From assembly GCA_963663475.2 (NCBI GenBank), contig CAXXJV010000001.1, positions 2,208,001 to 2,272,000 of the forward strand: DNA of 64,000 bases, written 5' to 3'. The notes under the pieces were generated by a model. The model searched no databases. It had not been told where the DNA came from and worked only from the letters and a program-made list of their open reading frames with translations. Within the stretch, counting starts at the first letter, position 1. Each line of letters opens with the position of its first letter. Below are positions 50,109 through 59,388 of this stretch, in pieces. The position numbers and the translations under genes are program-made. The stretch comes from Candidatus Cloacimonadales bacterium (GTDB taxonomy: Bacteria > Cloacimonadota > Cloacimonadia > Cloacimonadales > JAFGVF01).

Positions 50109-50846
50109 CTACTTATTAGTATAAAGACTCCATAACCTATCAAAGTGTTTCTTAAGTGGATCTTGCATTTTTTCATCCTTATCAGTTATTTCTGGCATAT
50201 TATCAAGAACAATAAATGGTACTTTAACATTATTAATAATTAAGTAGTCTTCTTTATCTGCAATAACTTCTTGCCAATCAACCTCTTTATAAAGTCTTTC
50301 AAGCTTATCATCAGGTAAACCATGTTCTAAGATAGAATGAGGTTTATCAGGGTTAAATCTTCTTCTGTTTTTTCTTAAAGATTCTTCCCAAGTTACATCA
50401 ACATAAAAGATAGCAGCTTTTTTTAGGATATTATGACTAAGATGCTTAAAAGCAGTTTGATAACCACCGTGTTCACTTCCTCTTGAAAATTCTATTAAAA
50501 GAGTGTTTTCTTGGAAAAAATCTGATTTTTCAGTAAGTAATTTATCATACTCCAGATTAAATCTTTCAATAAGTAAGTTCCATTGATAGTTATGGAGAAA
50601 ATAACCATCTTTAGTGGAATGGATTCTTTCAACTTTTAAAACATGTTCACGGATATGGTCTTCTTCAAACCAAGTCCATAGCATGGGAAAATCATCTAAT
50701 TCAGAAATATTTGCTATATGATAATTCTCTAATCTATCTATTGTCTTCCTTCTCTTGATAAAATCAATAATTTCTGATTTCCCAGAAGCAGGTCTTCCTA
50801 ACAGAATAATCACATCAAAGTGTTTCATTAAATCTCCTTTATTCAC
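50109..50846 (-). CDS. Uncharacterised P-loop protein (NMP-kinase-like)
   Basis: LLGRPASGKS Walker A, LLIEFSRG, and YVDV...LRKNRRR lid-like segment. Confidence 0.7.
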   Translation of the reverse strand: MNKGDLMKHFDVIILLGRPASGKSEIIDFIKRRKTIDRLENYHIANISELDDFPMLWTWFEEDHIREHVLKVERIHSTKDGYFLHNYQWNLLIERFNLEYDKLLTEKSDFFQENTLLIEFSRGSEHGGYQTAFKHLSHNILKKAAIFYVDVTWEESLRKNRRRFNPDKPHSILEHGLPDDKLERLYKEVDWQEVIADKEDYLIINNVKVPFIVLDNMPEITDKDEKMQDPLKKHFDRLWSLYTNK

Positions 50847-52737
50847 TTAGCAGTAAATACTCTTCTTCAAGAATCTGAAGTTGATTGTATTCATGATCTA
50901 AGAGATTATCTATCTCTTCAGATCTTTCTTTAAGAGTTTTCACTAATTCTTGGTCACTATAGATAGAAGGATCACTATACATATCTTCTATCTCTTCTTT
51001 TTCATTTTCTAAATCACTTATAGATATTTCTTTTTCTTCAATTTGTGACATTAATTTTTCCAAAATATATGGATTTACTCTTTTCTTACGGTCAGTATCT
51101 TTACTTTTATTAGTAGAGAGCTCACTGTTATCCTTTTTAGGATTTGCATCACTTAAAAATTCAGTAAGAATATTATTCCAATCATCATTAGTTTCTTTTA
51201 CTCTTTTATCTTTAAACAACCAGAATTTGCTGGCAAGTTTAGAAATAAAGTTACGATCATGAGAAACAAAGATAATAGTCCCAGAATAATCTTGTAGTGA
51301 ATTAATCAAATCATCAACCATCATGATATCTAGGTGATTAGTAGGCTCATCTAGAAGCAAGACATTTGGTTGTTGATGAATAAGGACACCTAAGTTAAGT
51401 CTGGCTTTCTCTCCTCCACTCATAAATTCAATAGGTTTATCAACATCATCCCCAGTGAAACCATAACGGGCTAAATATTTTAAGACATAACCAATAGGTT
51501 GACTAGGAACCATCTGCCAAATAGTTTCTTTTGGTGTTAATTTAGGGTCAAGTGAGCTATGGAATTGATCAAAGTAACCAATATTAATATTACTTCCTCT
51601 TTTACATTCGCCCTGCAGGAGTTTTTCTTCCTGGAGAAGGACCTTAATGAGGGTAGTTTTTCCGCAACCATTTCGACCTATAATAGCTATTCTATCTTGA
51701 TACTGAGCTCTAATATTAATCTTATTAGCTAAGAGAAGACTTGGAAAGCCTAACTGAGCATTTTGAAAAATAAAGACATCATTACCTGTTCTTTCAGAAG
51801 AGGAAAAACTTAAATTATAACGTTTATCATTACCTACAGCATCAATTATATCTAATTTTTCCAACTGTTTCAGTCTTGATCTAGCTTGTATAGTTTTTTG
51901 TGATCCTATGTTTCTTCTTACGAAATCCATAGTAGTCTCAATATGTTTTTGTTGCTGCTGATAAGCCTTTTGTTGTTGTTCTTTTCTTAGTTTAGATTCT
52001 TGTTCATAAAAAGAATAATTACCACTATATGAAGTAATAGTCTTATTCTCTATCTCAAAGATTTTAGTTATTGTTTTATTTAAAAATTCTTTATCATGAG
52101 AAATAATGATATAAGGTATTCCTAAGTTGACTAAGTAGTTTTCTAACCAGGAAATCATATGTAAATCAAGGTGATTAGTAGGTTCGTCAAGAAGCAAAAG
52201 ATTGAAATCAGATAGTAGTATTTTTGCTAATTCAATTCTAGTTTGCTCTCCCCCACTGAATTTCTTAACTTTATTAGTCCAACATTCTTCTTTAAAGCCC
52301 AGAGAAGTTAAGATTAACTTAATATTAGTTTCATAATCATAACCTCCGAGAGTAAAAAAATCTTCTTCTAATTTAGAAAGTAGATTTAAATTTTCATCAG
52401 AATGATCATGTGCTAACTTTTCTCGAGCTTCTTGTAGTTTTTTTTGCTTTACTAAGAAATCCTTCCTACTCTCTAAAACTGATTCATAAAGACTGTGAGC
52501 TTGATTAAGAGTATTAATTTGCTTCAAATAAGCAATTTTAGTTGTAGAAGCATAATTAATCAATCCTGAAGATGCTTCAATCTCCCGATTAATTATCTTC
52601 ATTAGTGTAGTTTTACCACAACCATTTCTTCCTATCAAGCCAATTCTTGAATCTTGATCTATATTAAATGAAATACTATTTAGCAAGTTAAATCCTGCGA
52701 AAGTCATTTCTATATCATTAACCTGTATTAAACTCAA
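50839..52737 (-). CDS. ABC-F family ATPase
   Basis: Two ABC cassettes (GRNGCGKT, SGGE, LLLDEPTNHLD) and a C-terminal coiled coil; no TM segments. Confidence 0.93.
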   Translation of the reverse strand: MSLIQVNDIEMTFAGFNLLNSISFNIDQDSRIGLIGRNGCGKTTLMKIINREIEASSGLINYASTTKIAYLKQINTLNQAHSLYESVLESRKDFLVKQKKLQEAREKLAHDHSDENLNLLSKLEEDFFTLGGYDYETNIKLILTSLGFKEECWTNKVKKFSGGEQTRIELAKILLSDFNLLLLDEPTNHLDLHMISWLENYLVNLGIPYIIISHDKEFLNKTITKIFEIENKTITSYSGNYSFYEQESKLRKEQQQKAYQQQQKHIETTMDFVRRNIGSQKTIQARSRLKQLEKLDIIDAVGNDKRYNLSFSSSERTGNDVFIFQNAQLGFPSLLLANKINIRAQYQDRIAIIGRNGCGKTTLIKVLLQEEKLLQGECKRGSNINIGYFDQFHSSLDPKLTPKETIWQMVPSQPIGYVLKYLARYGFTGDDVDKPIEFMSGGEKARLNLGVLIHQQPNVLLLDEPTNHLDIMMVDDLINSLQDYSGTIIFVSHDRNFISKLASKFWLFKDKRVKETNDDWNNILTEFLSDANPKKDNSELSTNKSKDTDRKKRVNPYILEKLMSQIEEKEISISDLENEKEEIEDMYSDPSIYSDQELVKTLKERSEEIDNLLDHEYNQLQILEEEYLLLSE

Positions 52738-52745
52738 CTTTTCTC

Positions 52746-54011
52746 CTAATTTTGGTGAATTAACTCACCTTTTTTATAAACTTCTAATATATTATTTGAT
52801 CCAAAGTGATAAGGAAGATATTGATAACTAGGCATATCTGTAATCAATATATCAGCATATTTACCTATCTCAATTGATCCTACTTTATCAGCCATACCGA
52901 TTGCGTGTGCTGCATTAATTGTTGAAGCAACAATAGCTTCTGCAGGGGTCATTTTCATTTGCAGACAAGCAAGAGAAATGACAAATTGCATATTATCACA
53001 ATTGCAAGAGCCAGGATTAAAGTCACTTGCTAAAGCAACCGGTGTATTTAATTCTATCATTTTACGAGCATCAGCATAAGATGTCAATCCTAAAGAAAAA
53101 ATGGTTGCTGGCAAGAGTGTGGCAATAACTCCTTTTTTAGCCAGAGCTTTGATACCTTTTTCGGAAGCAGCACCTAAATGATCTGCTGAGACACATCCTA
53201 ATTCTGCAGCAAGTTCAGCTCCACCAATTGGGACTATTTCATCTGCATGCATTTTAAGTTTCAAACCATGTTCTTTTGCACATTGGAGAACTTGTCTAGA
53301 TTCAGTAATAGAATAAACGTGATCTTCTGTAAAAATATCACAATATTCAGCTAAAGCAGATTTTGCTACTTCTGGAATCATCTCTTGGGTAAGAATATCA
53401 ATATAGCCTTGATGGTTTTCTTTATATTCAAAAGGAAATTCATGTGCTCCCATGAAAGTAGGAACTATATCAATTTTTTCTTCATTTTTTAGTTTATTAA
53501 TAACTCTTAGCTGTTTAAGCTCAGCTTTAGTATCTAAACCATATCCTGATTTTGCTTCAATGGTTGTTGTTCCACATGAAATCATCTTTTTTATTCTCTG
53601 CTGAGCTAGGAGGAAAAGGTCTTCCTCGGAAGCATCTTTAGTAGAAGAAATTGTTGAATTAATTCCACCGCCTGCTAGGGAGATTTCAACATAACCTTTC
53701 CCTTGAATTCGCATCTCAAATTCGTTTTCACGAGTATGAACAAATATGGGGTGAGTATGAGGATCAACAAAACCAGGCATAACTACCTTGTCCATGGCAT
53801 CTATTATCTCATTTGGTCTAAAATTATCTAAAATATTATCAGTAGTATCTACAGCAACGATCAAACCATCTTTAATAGCTAAAGCACCATTGCTTATGAT
53901 ACCTAAATTAGACATTTCTCTACCAACACGTGGTTTATCTCCACCAGCTACAGTGATTAACTGATTAGCATTTATAATTATTTTATCTACAACTTGCATT
54001 ATTTTCTCCAT
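52746..54011 (-). CDS. hutI: Imidazolonepropionase
   Basis: PGFVDPHTH, EAKSGYGL, HADE, SADHL and ASDFNPGS motifs. Confidence 0.95.
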   Translation of the reverse strand: MEKIMQVVDKIIINANQLITVAGGDKPRVGREMSNLGIISNGALAIKDGLIVAVDTTDNILDNFRPNEIIDAMDKVVMPGFVDPHTHPIFVHTRENEFEMRIQGKGYVEISLAGGGINSTISSTKDASEEDLFLLAQQRIKKMISCGTTTIEAKSGYGLDTKAELKQLRVINKLKNEEKIDIVPTFMGAHEFPFEYKENHQGYIDILTQEMIPEVAKSALAEYCDIFTEDHVYSITESRQVLQCAKEHGLKLKMHADEIVPIGGAELAAELGCVSADHLGAASEKGIKALAKKGVIATLLPATIFSLGLTSYADARKMIELNTPVALASDFNPGSCNCDNMQFVISLACLQMKMTPAEAIVASTINAAHAIGMADKVGSIEIGKYADILITDMPSYQYLPYHFGSNNILEVYKKGELIHQN

Positions 54012-54032
54012 TTATTTTTTATTTTTAATTTA

Positions 54033-54222
54033 ATCAGAATGGTGCAGTAGAACTTCAGTAATACTTCGCTAAAGCTAAGTATCACAGGTGAAGAGTGCAG
54101 ATTCTTTTAGCAAAATAACTTACAGAATTCAGATGTATATAATATATATACAGAAAATTATGGATTTTACTTTTGCAAAAGAATATTCTCTTATTCTCAA
54201 AGATCTACAGCATTATTTAAGT
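54033..54222 (-). mobile_element. MITE-like palindromic element, copy B (190 bp, inverted relative to A)
   Basis: Reverse complement aligns with copies A and C; flanks TTA and TTC; carries the ~31-bp TAGCTTTAGCGAAG module. Confidence 0.75.
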
Positions 54223-54236
54223 TTCAAATATGAATA

Positions 54237-55208
54237 TCATATTTCTAGCATTTCTAAAAAGCTCTCTATTCTTAGCTTTGTTCTTTCATCAAGTTGGCCT
54301 GGCTTATCTCCCTCTATTAGAAGCATAGGTAAATCAATTTTTTCCTTAAGTAGAATATTATCAATTTGTCTGTGACAGAAAGATTGACTATAAGAAATTA
54401 CAGCATCTATCTTTCTCTTTTTAAGCTCAATCAAGATGTCTTCAATCCTGAAATCAATATCATAAGGATAAGTATATCGAAGATATTGTTTAACTATGTC
54501 TTTTTCTAGATAAGGCATAGAGAATTGTCTTTGAACTTCATTAAAGACTACACGAGCACCTAAATCTTCAAATGTTTGATAAATATCAGTTAAAATTGGG
54601 GGAACTCCCAGAAAAGCTAACCTAAGTTCATTTTTTCTTGCTTGGCGAGCTTGAGCTTCCTCAAGAAAAGCATCAAGTTCATCATTGAATTTTATATAGT
54701 CACCATTAAAATCTGAAGAAGAAACTAACCATAAGTGATTTTCTAATCCAGTAACTTTATTATCAATGTAAGTAAGCTCATCTAGTTTCTTTAACTTTGC
54801 TCTGATTGAGTCAAGTTCTTCTTTTTTCTTATTGACTTGCTCCAATGAAACGTTAAAATGTTTAGCAAAATTATCAATTTCTTTTTTAAGACTACTTTGG
54901 TCTCTATTATAAGGAAATGAAAAAGATGAAACAGTAATACCTTCATTTTTAATTACAGACATTAAGGAGTGGGTATTAGAACAATCACCTTCTACTACTC
55001 CTATAAGTTCATCAATTCCTGAATTCTTTGCAACAGTATATAGACCCTTAATCCAGGCACAAATATTTCTAGGAAAGCCCCTCTTTTCAGCCTGTGTTAC
55101 ACTTTCAAGTGCATTTCCTGAAACTAATATATTATTTAAATCAATAGGAATATTGTTACTTGCATAAATCACTTCTACTGGAAGTGAAGTAGTTATCCCA
55201 ATCTTCAT
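54237..55208 (-). CDS. 2-hydroxyacyl-CoA dehydratase family subunit (HGD-D)
   Basis: GFPRNICAWIKG, GDCSNT, QSFCHR, EGD and RIESFLEM motifs. Confidence 0.85.
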   Translation of the reverse strand: MKIGITTSLPVEVIYASNNIPIDLNNILVSGNALESVTQAEKRGFPRNICAWIKGLYTVAKNSGIDELIGVVEGDCSNTHSLMSVIKNEGITVSSFSFPYNRDQSSLKKEIDNFAKHFNVSLEQVNKKKEELDSIRAKLKKLDELTYIDNKVTGLENHLWLVSSSDFNGDYIKFNDELDAFLEEAQARQARKNELRLAFLGVPPILTDIYQTFEDLGARVVFNEVQRQFSMPYLEKDIVKQYLRYTYPYDIDFRIEDILIELKKRKIDAVISYSQSFCHRQIDNILLKEKIDLPMLLIEGDKPGQLDERTKLRIESFLEMLEI

Positions 55209-55380
55209 GATTCCTCTTTTTATTAACTTTTTAAGCTTATAAATACTTAGTTATAAGCTTTGTGTTACTTTTATATAATGAATTATGATGACAAGATTTT
55301 TTTTTCTTAAGTAAGAATATTCCTATTTTCTAAGAAAGTTAATTCTTCAAAGATGTTAGATACTTATAAAAAAGAAGAAG

Positions 55381-55779
55381 TTAAACTTCTTTATTATCAT
55401 TTTCTTCTTCAGACTTAACTTCTGCTTTTTCAGGTTCTTGAGAAGTAGAAGTATCTTCAGTTTCTGTAATTTCTACTTCTATTTCACTTTCTTCTTTAAC
55501 ATTATCTTGGCAAGATTGACTATTATCTTTTTTATCTGTCTTTTCACTTTTTTCACCATTAATGGTATTGTTACCAAAGTTGAAAGAATCTTTAATATTA
55601 TATCTAAAATCAAAGAGTGCTTTGCAGATAAGGTAAAGCATGATGCTCTGCCAATAAGAGATTTTTTTTGTTCCAAACAATTCTGGGAACAATTTATTCC
55701 ATAAATATTTAAGTAAACCTGTAATTGTTATTAAAAATCCTATACCCTGAACTTGAATATTACCTTTTGTCTTCTTCAT
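55381..55779 (-). CDS. Hypothetical membrane protein with an acidic disordered tail
   Basis: LWNKLFPELFG...ISYWQ...LF membrane motif, E/T/S-rich C-terminus and an AGGAG SD. Confidence 0.7.
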   Translation of the reverse strand: MKKTKGNIQVQGIGFLITITGLLKYLWNKLFPELFGTKKISYWQSIMLYLICKALFDFRYNIKDSFNFGNNTINGEKSEKTDKKDNSQSCQDNVKEESEIEVEITETEDTSTSQEPEKAEVKSEEENDNKEV

Positions 55780-56041
55780 ATTAATCTCCTTTTAATATTT
55801 ATTTAATTATTGTAATTGTGAATTATGTGTCAATCTATTTTTTAATCTAAATAAGACTGTAGCTATGAGTCTGTTCAACCATCAAGTCATTCTTTCCAAT
55901 AGTTTATCCTGGAAGAAGTAAAAAATATTGCCTTCTTTAGGTTTTTTGGACATTTTATCAGGATTGATTTAAGTTAAGATTGCCTCTTCAGTCGGACGAT
56001 GTAGATTCTCTCCGCACCAAGCTGTAAGCTTGTTCTATTAA

Positions 56042-56233
56042 ACCTAATACTGCATTAGACCTTTCTGAATAGCAGAATATTCTTCTGCAAAAGTAAGATA
56101 CATAATTTTTCCGTATATATAAAATATATGCGTCAAAATTCTGTAAGCTAGTTTGCTAGAATAATCTGCACTCTTCACCTTTTATACGTAGCTTTAGCCA
56201 AATATTACTAAAGCTCTACTCCACTATCTGGAT
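56042..56233 (+). mobile_element. MITE-like palindromic element, copy C (192 bp)
   Basis: ACCTAATACTGCATTAGACCTTT ... AAAGCTCTACTCCACTATCTGGAT, flanked by TAA on both sides; internal homology to copy A. Confidence 0.8.
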
Positions 56234-56330
56234 TAAAATTATTTATCACATTTCCCACTCTACTTGGGAAAGAGCCCTATTTTATTTTACAAAAATTACT
56301 GAGAATAAAATATATTCTCCTCTATTCATT

Positions 56331-56401
56331 CCTTATCCTTCCTTTACAGTCTTTCGATGAAAGTCCCAGTTTCATCGAAAGACTGTAAAGGAAGGATAAG
56401 G
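56331..56401. repeat. Long palindrome P, copy 2 (perfect 32-bp arms, 7-nt loop)
   Basis: CCTTATCCTTCCTTTACAGTCTTTCGATGAAA-GTCCCAG-TTTCATCGAAAGACTGTAAAGGAAGGATAAGG. Confidence 0.9.
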
Positions 56402-56436
56402 GATGATAAGTACTAAATCCTGAAGGGATAAGTCTT

Positions 56437-56543
56437 AAATCCTCAAAGGGGATAAATAGTTTAGCCTAGGGTAAATTCCTGAAGGGAATGCAAGCCTGGG
56501 TACTGGTGATGAAAAACAAAGCCTAACCCTGAAAGGGTTAAAT
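56437..56543 (+). repeat. Diverged REP-like unit (+ orientation)
   Basis: ATCCTCAAAGGGGATAAATAGTTTAGCCTAGGGT...GCAAGCCTGGGTA...AACCCTGAAAGGGTT parallels 31678-31810. Confidence 0.7.
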
Positions 56544-56589
56544 AACATCAATTATACCATAGACTTATACAATAATATATTATTTATCA

Positions 56590-56774
56590 TTTTATTAAAC
56601 CCTTACAGGGTAACATCTTTGGGTTAGCCATCATTACCCAGGGTTGCGATACTTTCAGCATCTTACCCTGGGCTAAATTATTTTATCCCTTTCAGGGATT
56701 TTTGATGAATCAATATAGTAATGAAATATTCTCATTTTCCTATATTATTCCCACCAGACTTGAACTTGAGCCTT
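56590..56774 (-). repeat. REP-like element, inverted copy of 31603-31817
   Basis: Direct reverse-complement alignment; lacks the 31-bp insert. Confidence 0.85.
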
Positions 56775-56831
56775 ATTATAATATCTGAGATTTAGACAAG
56801 TAAGTCAACTTGTATATCATAAGCAAATTTA

Positions 56832-56958
56832 TCCCAAATAATGTATTAGACCTTTACGAATAGCGCTAGCTTACTTTTGCTAAAAGAATCAAGCACTCTT
56901 AACCTGTGATACCTAGCTTTAGCGAAGTATTATCAATGTTCAAATGCACTATTATGGT
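56832..56958 (+). mobile_element. MITE-like element, copy D (127 bp, internally deleted)
   Basis: TCCCAAATAATGTATTAGACCTTT ... TGCACTATTATGGT, flanked by TTA on both sides; retains TTTTGCTAAAAGAAT and the 31-bp module. Confidence 0.75.
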
Positions 56959-56970
56959 TTAATCAAAAAA

Positions 56971-56996
56971 AATGGGATATCCTAGGATATCCCATT
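56971..56996 (-). terminator. gdhA terminator
   Basis: Perfect palindrome AATGGGATATCCTAGGATATCCCATT followed by a T run on the minus strand. Confidence 0.8.
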
Positions 56997-57033
56997 AATG
57001 TTTATCTATTTAGTAGTAAAACTAAATTATTTA

Positions 57034-58374
57034 TTAAACAATACCTTGTTGAAGCATAGCTTCAGCAACTTTCATGAAACCAGCGATATTAGCGCCTTTA
57101 GCATAATCAATGAAACCATCATCTTGAGTTCCATATTTAACACATGCTTCATGGATGTCTGACATAATACGTTGTAATTTTTCATCAACTTCTTCAGCAG
57201 TCCAGTTGAATCTTAAAGAGTTTTGAGACATTTCAAGACCAGAAACAGCAACGCCACCAGCATTAGCAGCTTTACCAGGTCCGAAAGGAACTTTAGCTGT
57301 ATGGAAAGCATGAGCTGCATCAGCAGTACAAGGCATATTAGCAACTTCGATAATAGCTTGAACGCCATTAGCAATTAATTTGTCTGCATCTTCTTTATTA
57401 AGTTCGTTTTGAGTTGCACATGGGAAAGCTAAATCAACTTTTACGCCCCAAGGTTTTTCGCCAGGGAAGAATTTAGCATTTGGGAATGATTTAACATAGT
57501 CAGCAATTCTATCATTGTTAGAAGCTCTTAAGTCTAACATACATTGCCATTTTTCAGGAGTATTAATACCTTCTTCGTCAAGAACATAACCGTCAGGACC
57601 AGAAAGAGTGATAACTTTTGCTCCAAGCTCAGTAGCTTTTTGGCAAACACCCCATGAAACGTTACCGAAACCAGAAACAGCAACTCTCTTACCTTCAAGA
57701 GTTTCGTTTTTGTCTGATAACATGCCTTTAGCATAATATACGCCACCAAAACCTGTAGCTTCAGGTCTGATTAAAGATCCACCCCAAGTTCTACCTTTAC
57801 CAGTAAGAACACCAGTGAACTCGTTACGTAATTTTTTATACATACCGAACATGTAACCAATTTCTCTTCCACCAACACCAATGTCACCAGCAGGAACGTC
57901 TGTGTTAGGGCCGATATGACGGAATAATTCCATCATGAAAGATTGACAGAATCTCATGATTTCGCCATCAGATCTACCTCTAGCGTCGAAATCAGATCCA
58001 CCTTTACCACCACCCATAGGAAGGGTAGTTAAACTATTCTTAAAGATTTGTTCGAAACCTAAGAATTTAAGGATAGAAAGATTAACAGAAGGATGGAATC
58101 TTAATCCACCTTTATATGGTCCAATAGCACTATTAAATTCAATTCTGTAACCTTTATTTACATGAACTTCACCTTTGTCATCAGTCCATGGAACACGGAA
58201 CATGATTACTCTTTCCGGTTCAACAAGTCTGTCTAAAATTTTGGCATCTACAAAAGCAGGGTTACTTTGGTAAGCTTCCCAGATAGTGTCAACAACTTCT
58301 TTCACAGCTTGAATAAATTCAGGTTGTCCAGGGTTTTTAGCTTCTACTTGAGCTACAAATTCTTGTGCGGTCAT
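57034..58374 (-). CDS. gdhA: NAD(P)-specific glutamate dehydrogenase
   Basis: GPYKGGLRFH, GGGKGGSDF, DVPAGDIG, RPEATGFG and KAANAGGVAVS motifs. Confidence 0.96.
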   Translation of the reverse strand: MTAQEFVAQVEAKNPGQPEFIQAVKEVVDTIWEAYQSNPAFVDAKILDRLVEPERVIMFRVPWTDDKGEVHVNKGYRIEFNSAIGPYKGGLRFHPSVNLSILKFLGFEQIFKNSLTTLPMGGGKGGSDFDARGRSDGEIMRFCQSFMMELFRHIGPNTDVPAGDIGVGGREIGYMFGMYKKLRNEFTGVLTGKGRTWGGSLIRPEATGFGGVYYAKGMLSDKNETLEGKRVAVSGFGNVSWGVCQKATELGAKVITLSGPDGYVLDEEGINTPEKWQCMLDLRASNNDRIADYVKSFPNAKFFPGEKPWGVKVDLAFPCATQNELNKEDADKLIANGVQAIIEVANMPCTADAAHAFHTAKVPFGPGKAANAGGVAVSGLEMSQNSLRFNWTAEEVDEKLQRIMSDIHEACVKYGTQDDGFIDYAKGANIAGFMKVAEAMLQQGIV

Positions 58375-58587
58375 TACGAACCTCCATCAATTTTTTTTAT
58401 ATATTTATGTCTTATTTAAAATATCACATTTATTTGTCAAGCTTTTCAAAAAAAATAATTATAATTATTTATAAGCTACTGTTATAAGGGTTAATAACAG
58501 ACTAACAAAAATAACATAAATGAGCTGCAGACAAAAAAGAGATATAAAAATAAGTAGTTTATCGATAATATATTATCAAAAAAACAA

Positions 58588-59388
58588 CTATTCTTTTTGG
58601 CAAATCTTACAGAAATAGGTTGATCTACCACCTATCTTAATTTTATCAATATCATGTCCTTTAGGGCATATATTTTTACCATAGACCTGCAAAAAGTTTT
58701 GAAAAGAGCCAGTTTTATCATCTACTCTTCGATAGTCAGAAATTGTAGTACCGTTACATTCAATAGCTTGTTGTAGGACTGATTTAATTTCTTTAACAAT
58801 TTTAGCTAGGTCTTTATCTGTTAATTTATTAGCAGCTTTTAAAGGGTTTATTCCGCTTCGGTAGAGAACTTCGCAGGCATAGATGTTTCCTAATCCTGCT
58901 ATTTTTCTTTGGTCTAACAAGAATGATTTAATTGGTGCAGAGATCTTTTTGATATTGTCTTGTAAGTAGTTAAGATTAAAATCATCAGAAAGAGGTTCTA
59001 TTCCTAAATTACGAAAATAGTGAGGGAAATCGGCTTGTGGAATGCAATCAATAGTCCCAAAGGTTCTAACATCGTCAAATCTAAGATAGCTATTATCAGA
59101 GAAATTGATTCTAGCTCGTTCATGTTTTAAAGGAGCTTGATCTAACTCTTCATAGATAAGTTTTCCTGTCATTCTTAAATGAACAATTACCGCAAAGTCA
59201 TTATCAAGTATTATCAGTATATATTTACCTCTTCTGTCCACTTGCAGAACTTTAGCAGAATAGTCACTATCATCACAGGTAAGCCTAATAGTATTAGGAT
59301 AGAATTCTTCAATAGAGACTATTTCTTTACCGAGAATAATTTCTTGCAAATCATTAACAACAGTTTGTACTTCTGGAAGTTCTGGCAT
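58588..59388 (-). CDS. mutM: Formamidopyrimidine-DNA glycosylase
   Basis: MPELPEV, RRGK, HLRMTG, GLGNIY and a C-terminal zinc finger (CPKGH...CKIC variant). Confidence 0.95.
   Translation of the reverse strand: MPELPEVQTVVNDLQEIILGKEIVSIEEFYPNTIRLTCDDSDYSAKVLQVDRRGKYILIILDNDFAVIVHLRMTGKLIYEELDQAPLKHERARINFSDNSYLRFDDVRTFGTIDCIPQADFPHYFRNLGIEPLSDDFNLNYLQDNIKKISAPIKSFLLDQRKIAGLGNIYACEVLYRSGINPLKAANKLTDKDLAKIVKEIKSVLQQAIECNGTTISDYRRVDDKTGSFQNFLQVYGKNICPKGHDIDKIKIGGRSTYFCKICQKE

Noticed and set aside
54088-54375. 95-aa ORF on +
   Set aside because: It lies in MITE copy B and antisense to the dehydratase gene; it has no transposase features.
55990-56020. CTCCGCACCA resembling a tRNA or tmRNA 3' end or att site
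   Set aside because: There is no GTTCGA T-loop or acceptor-stem partner.
55780-57033. Possible CRISPR array
   Set aside because: There are no regularly spaced direct repeats with unique spacers and no cas genes; the repeats are inverted and heterogeneous.
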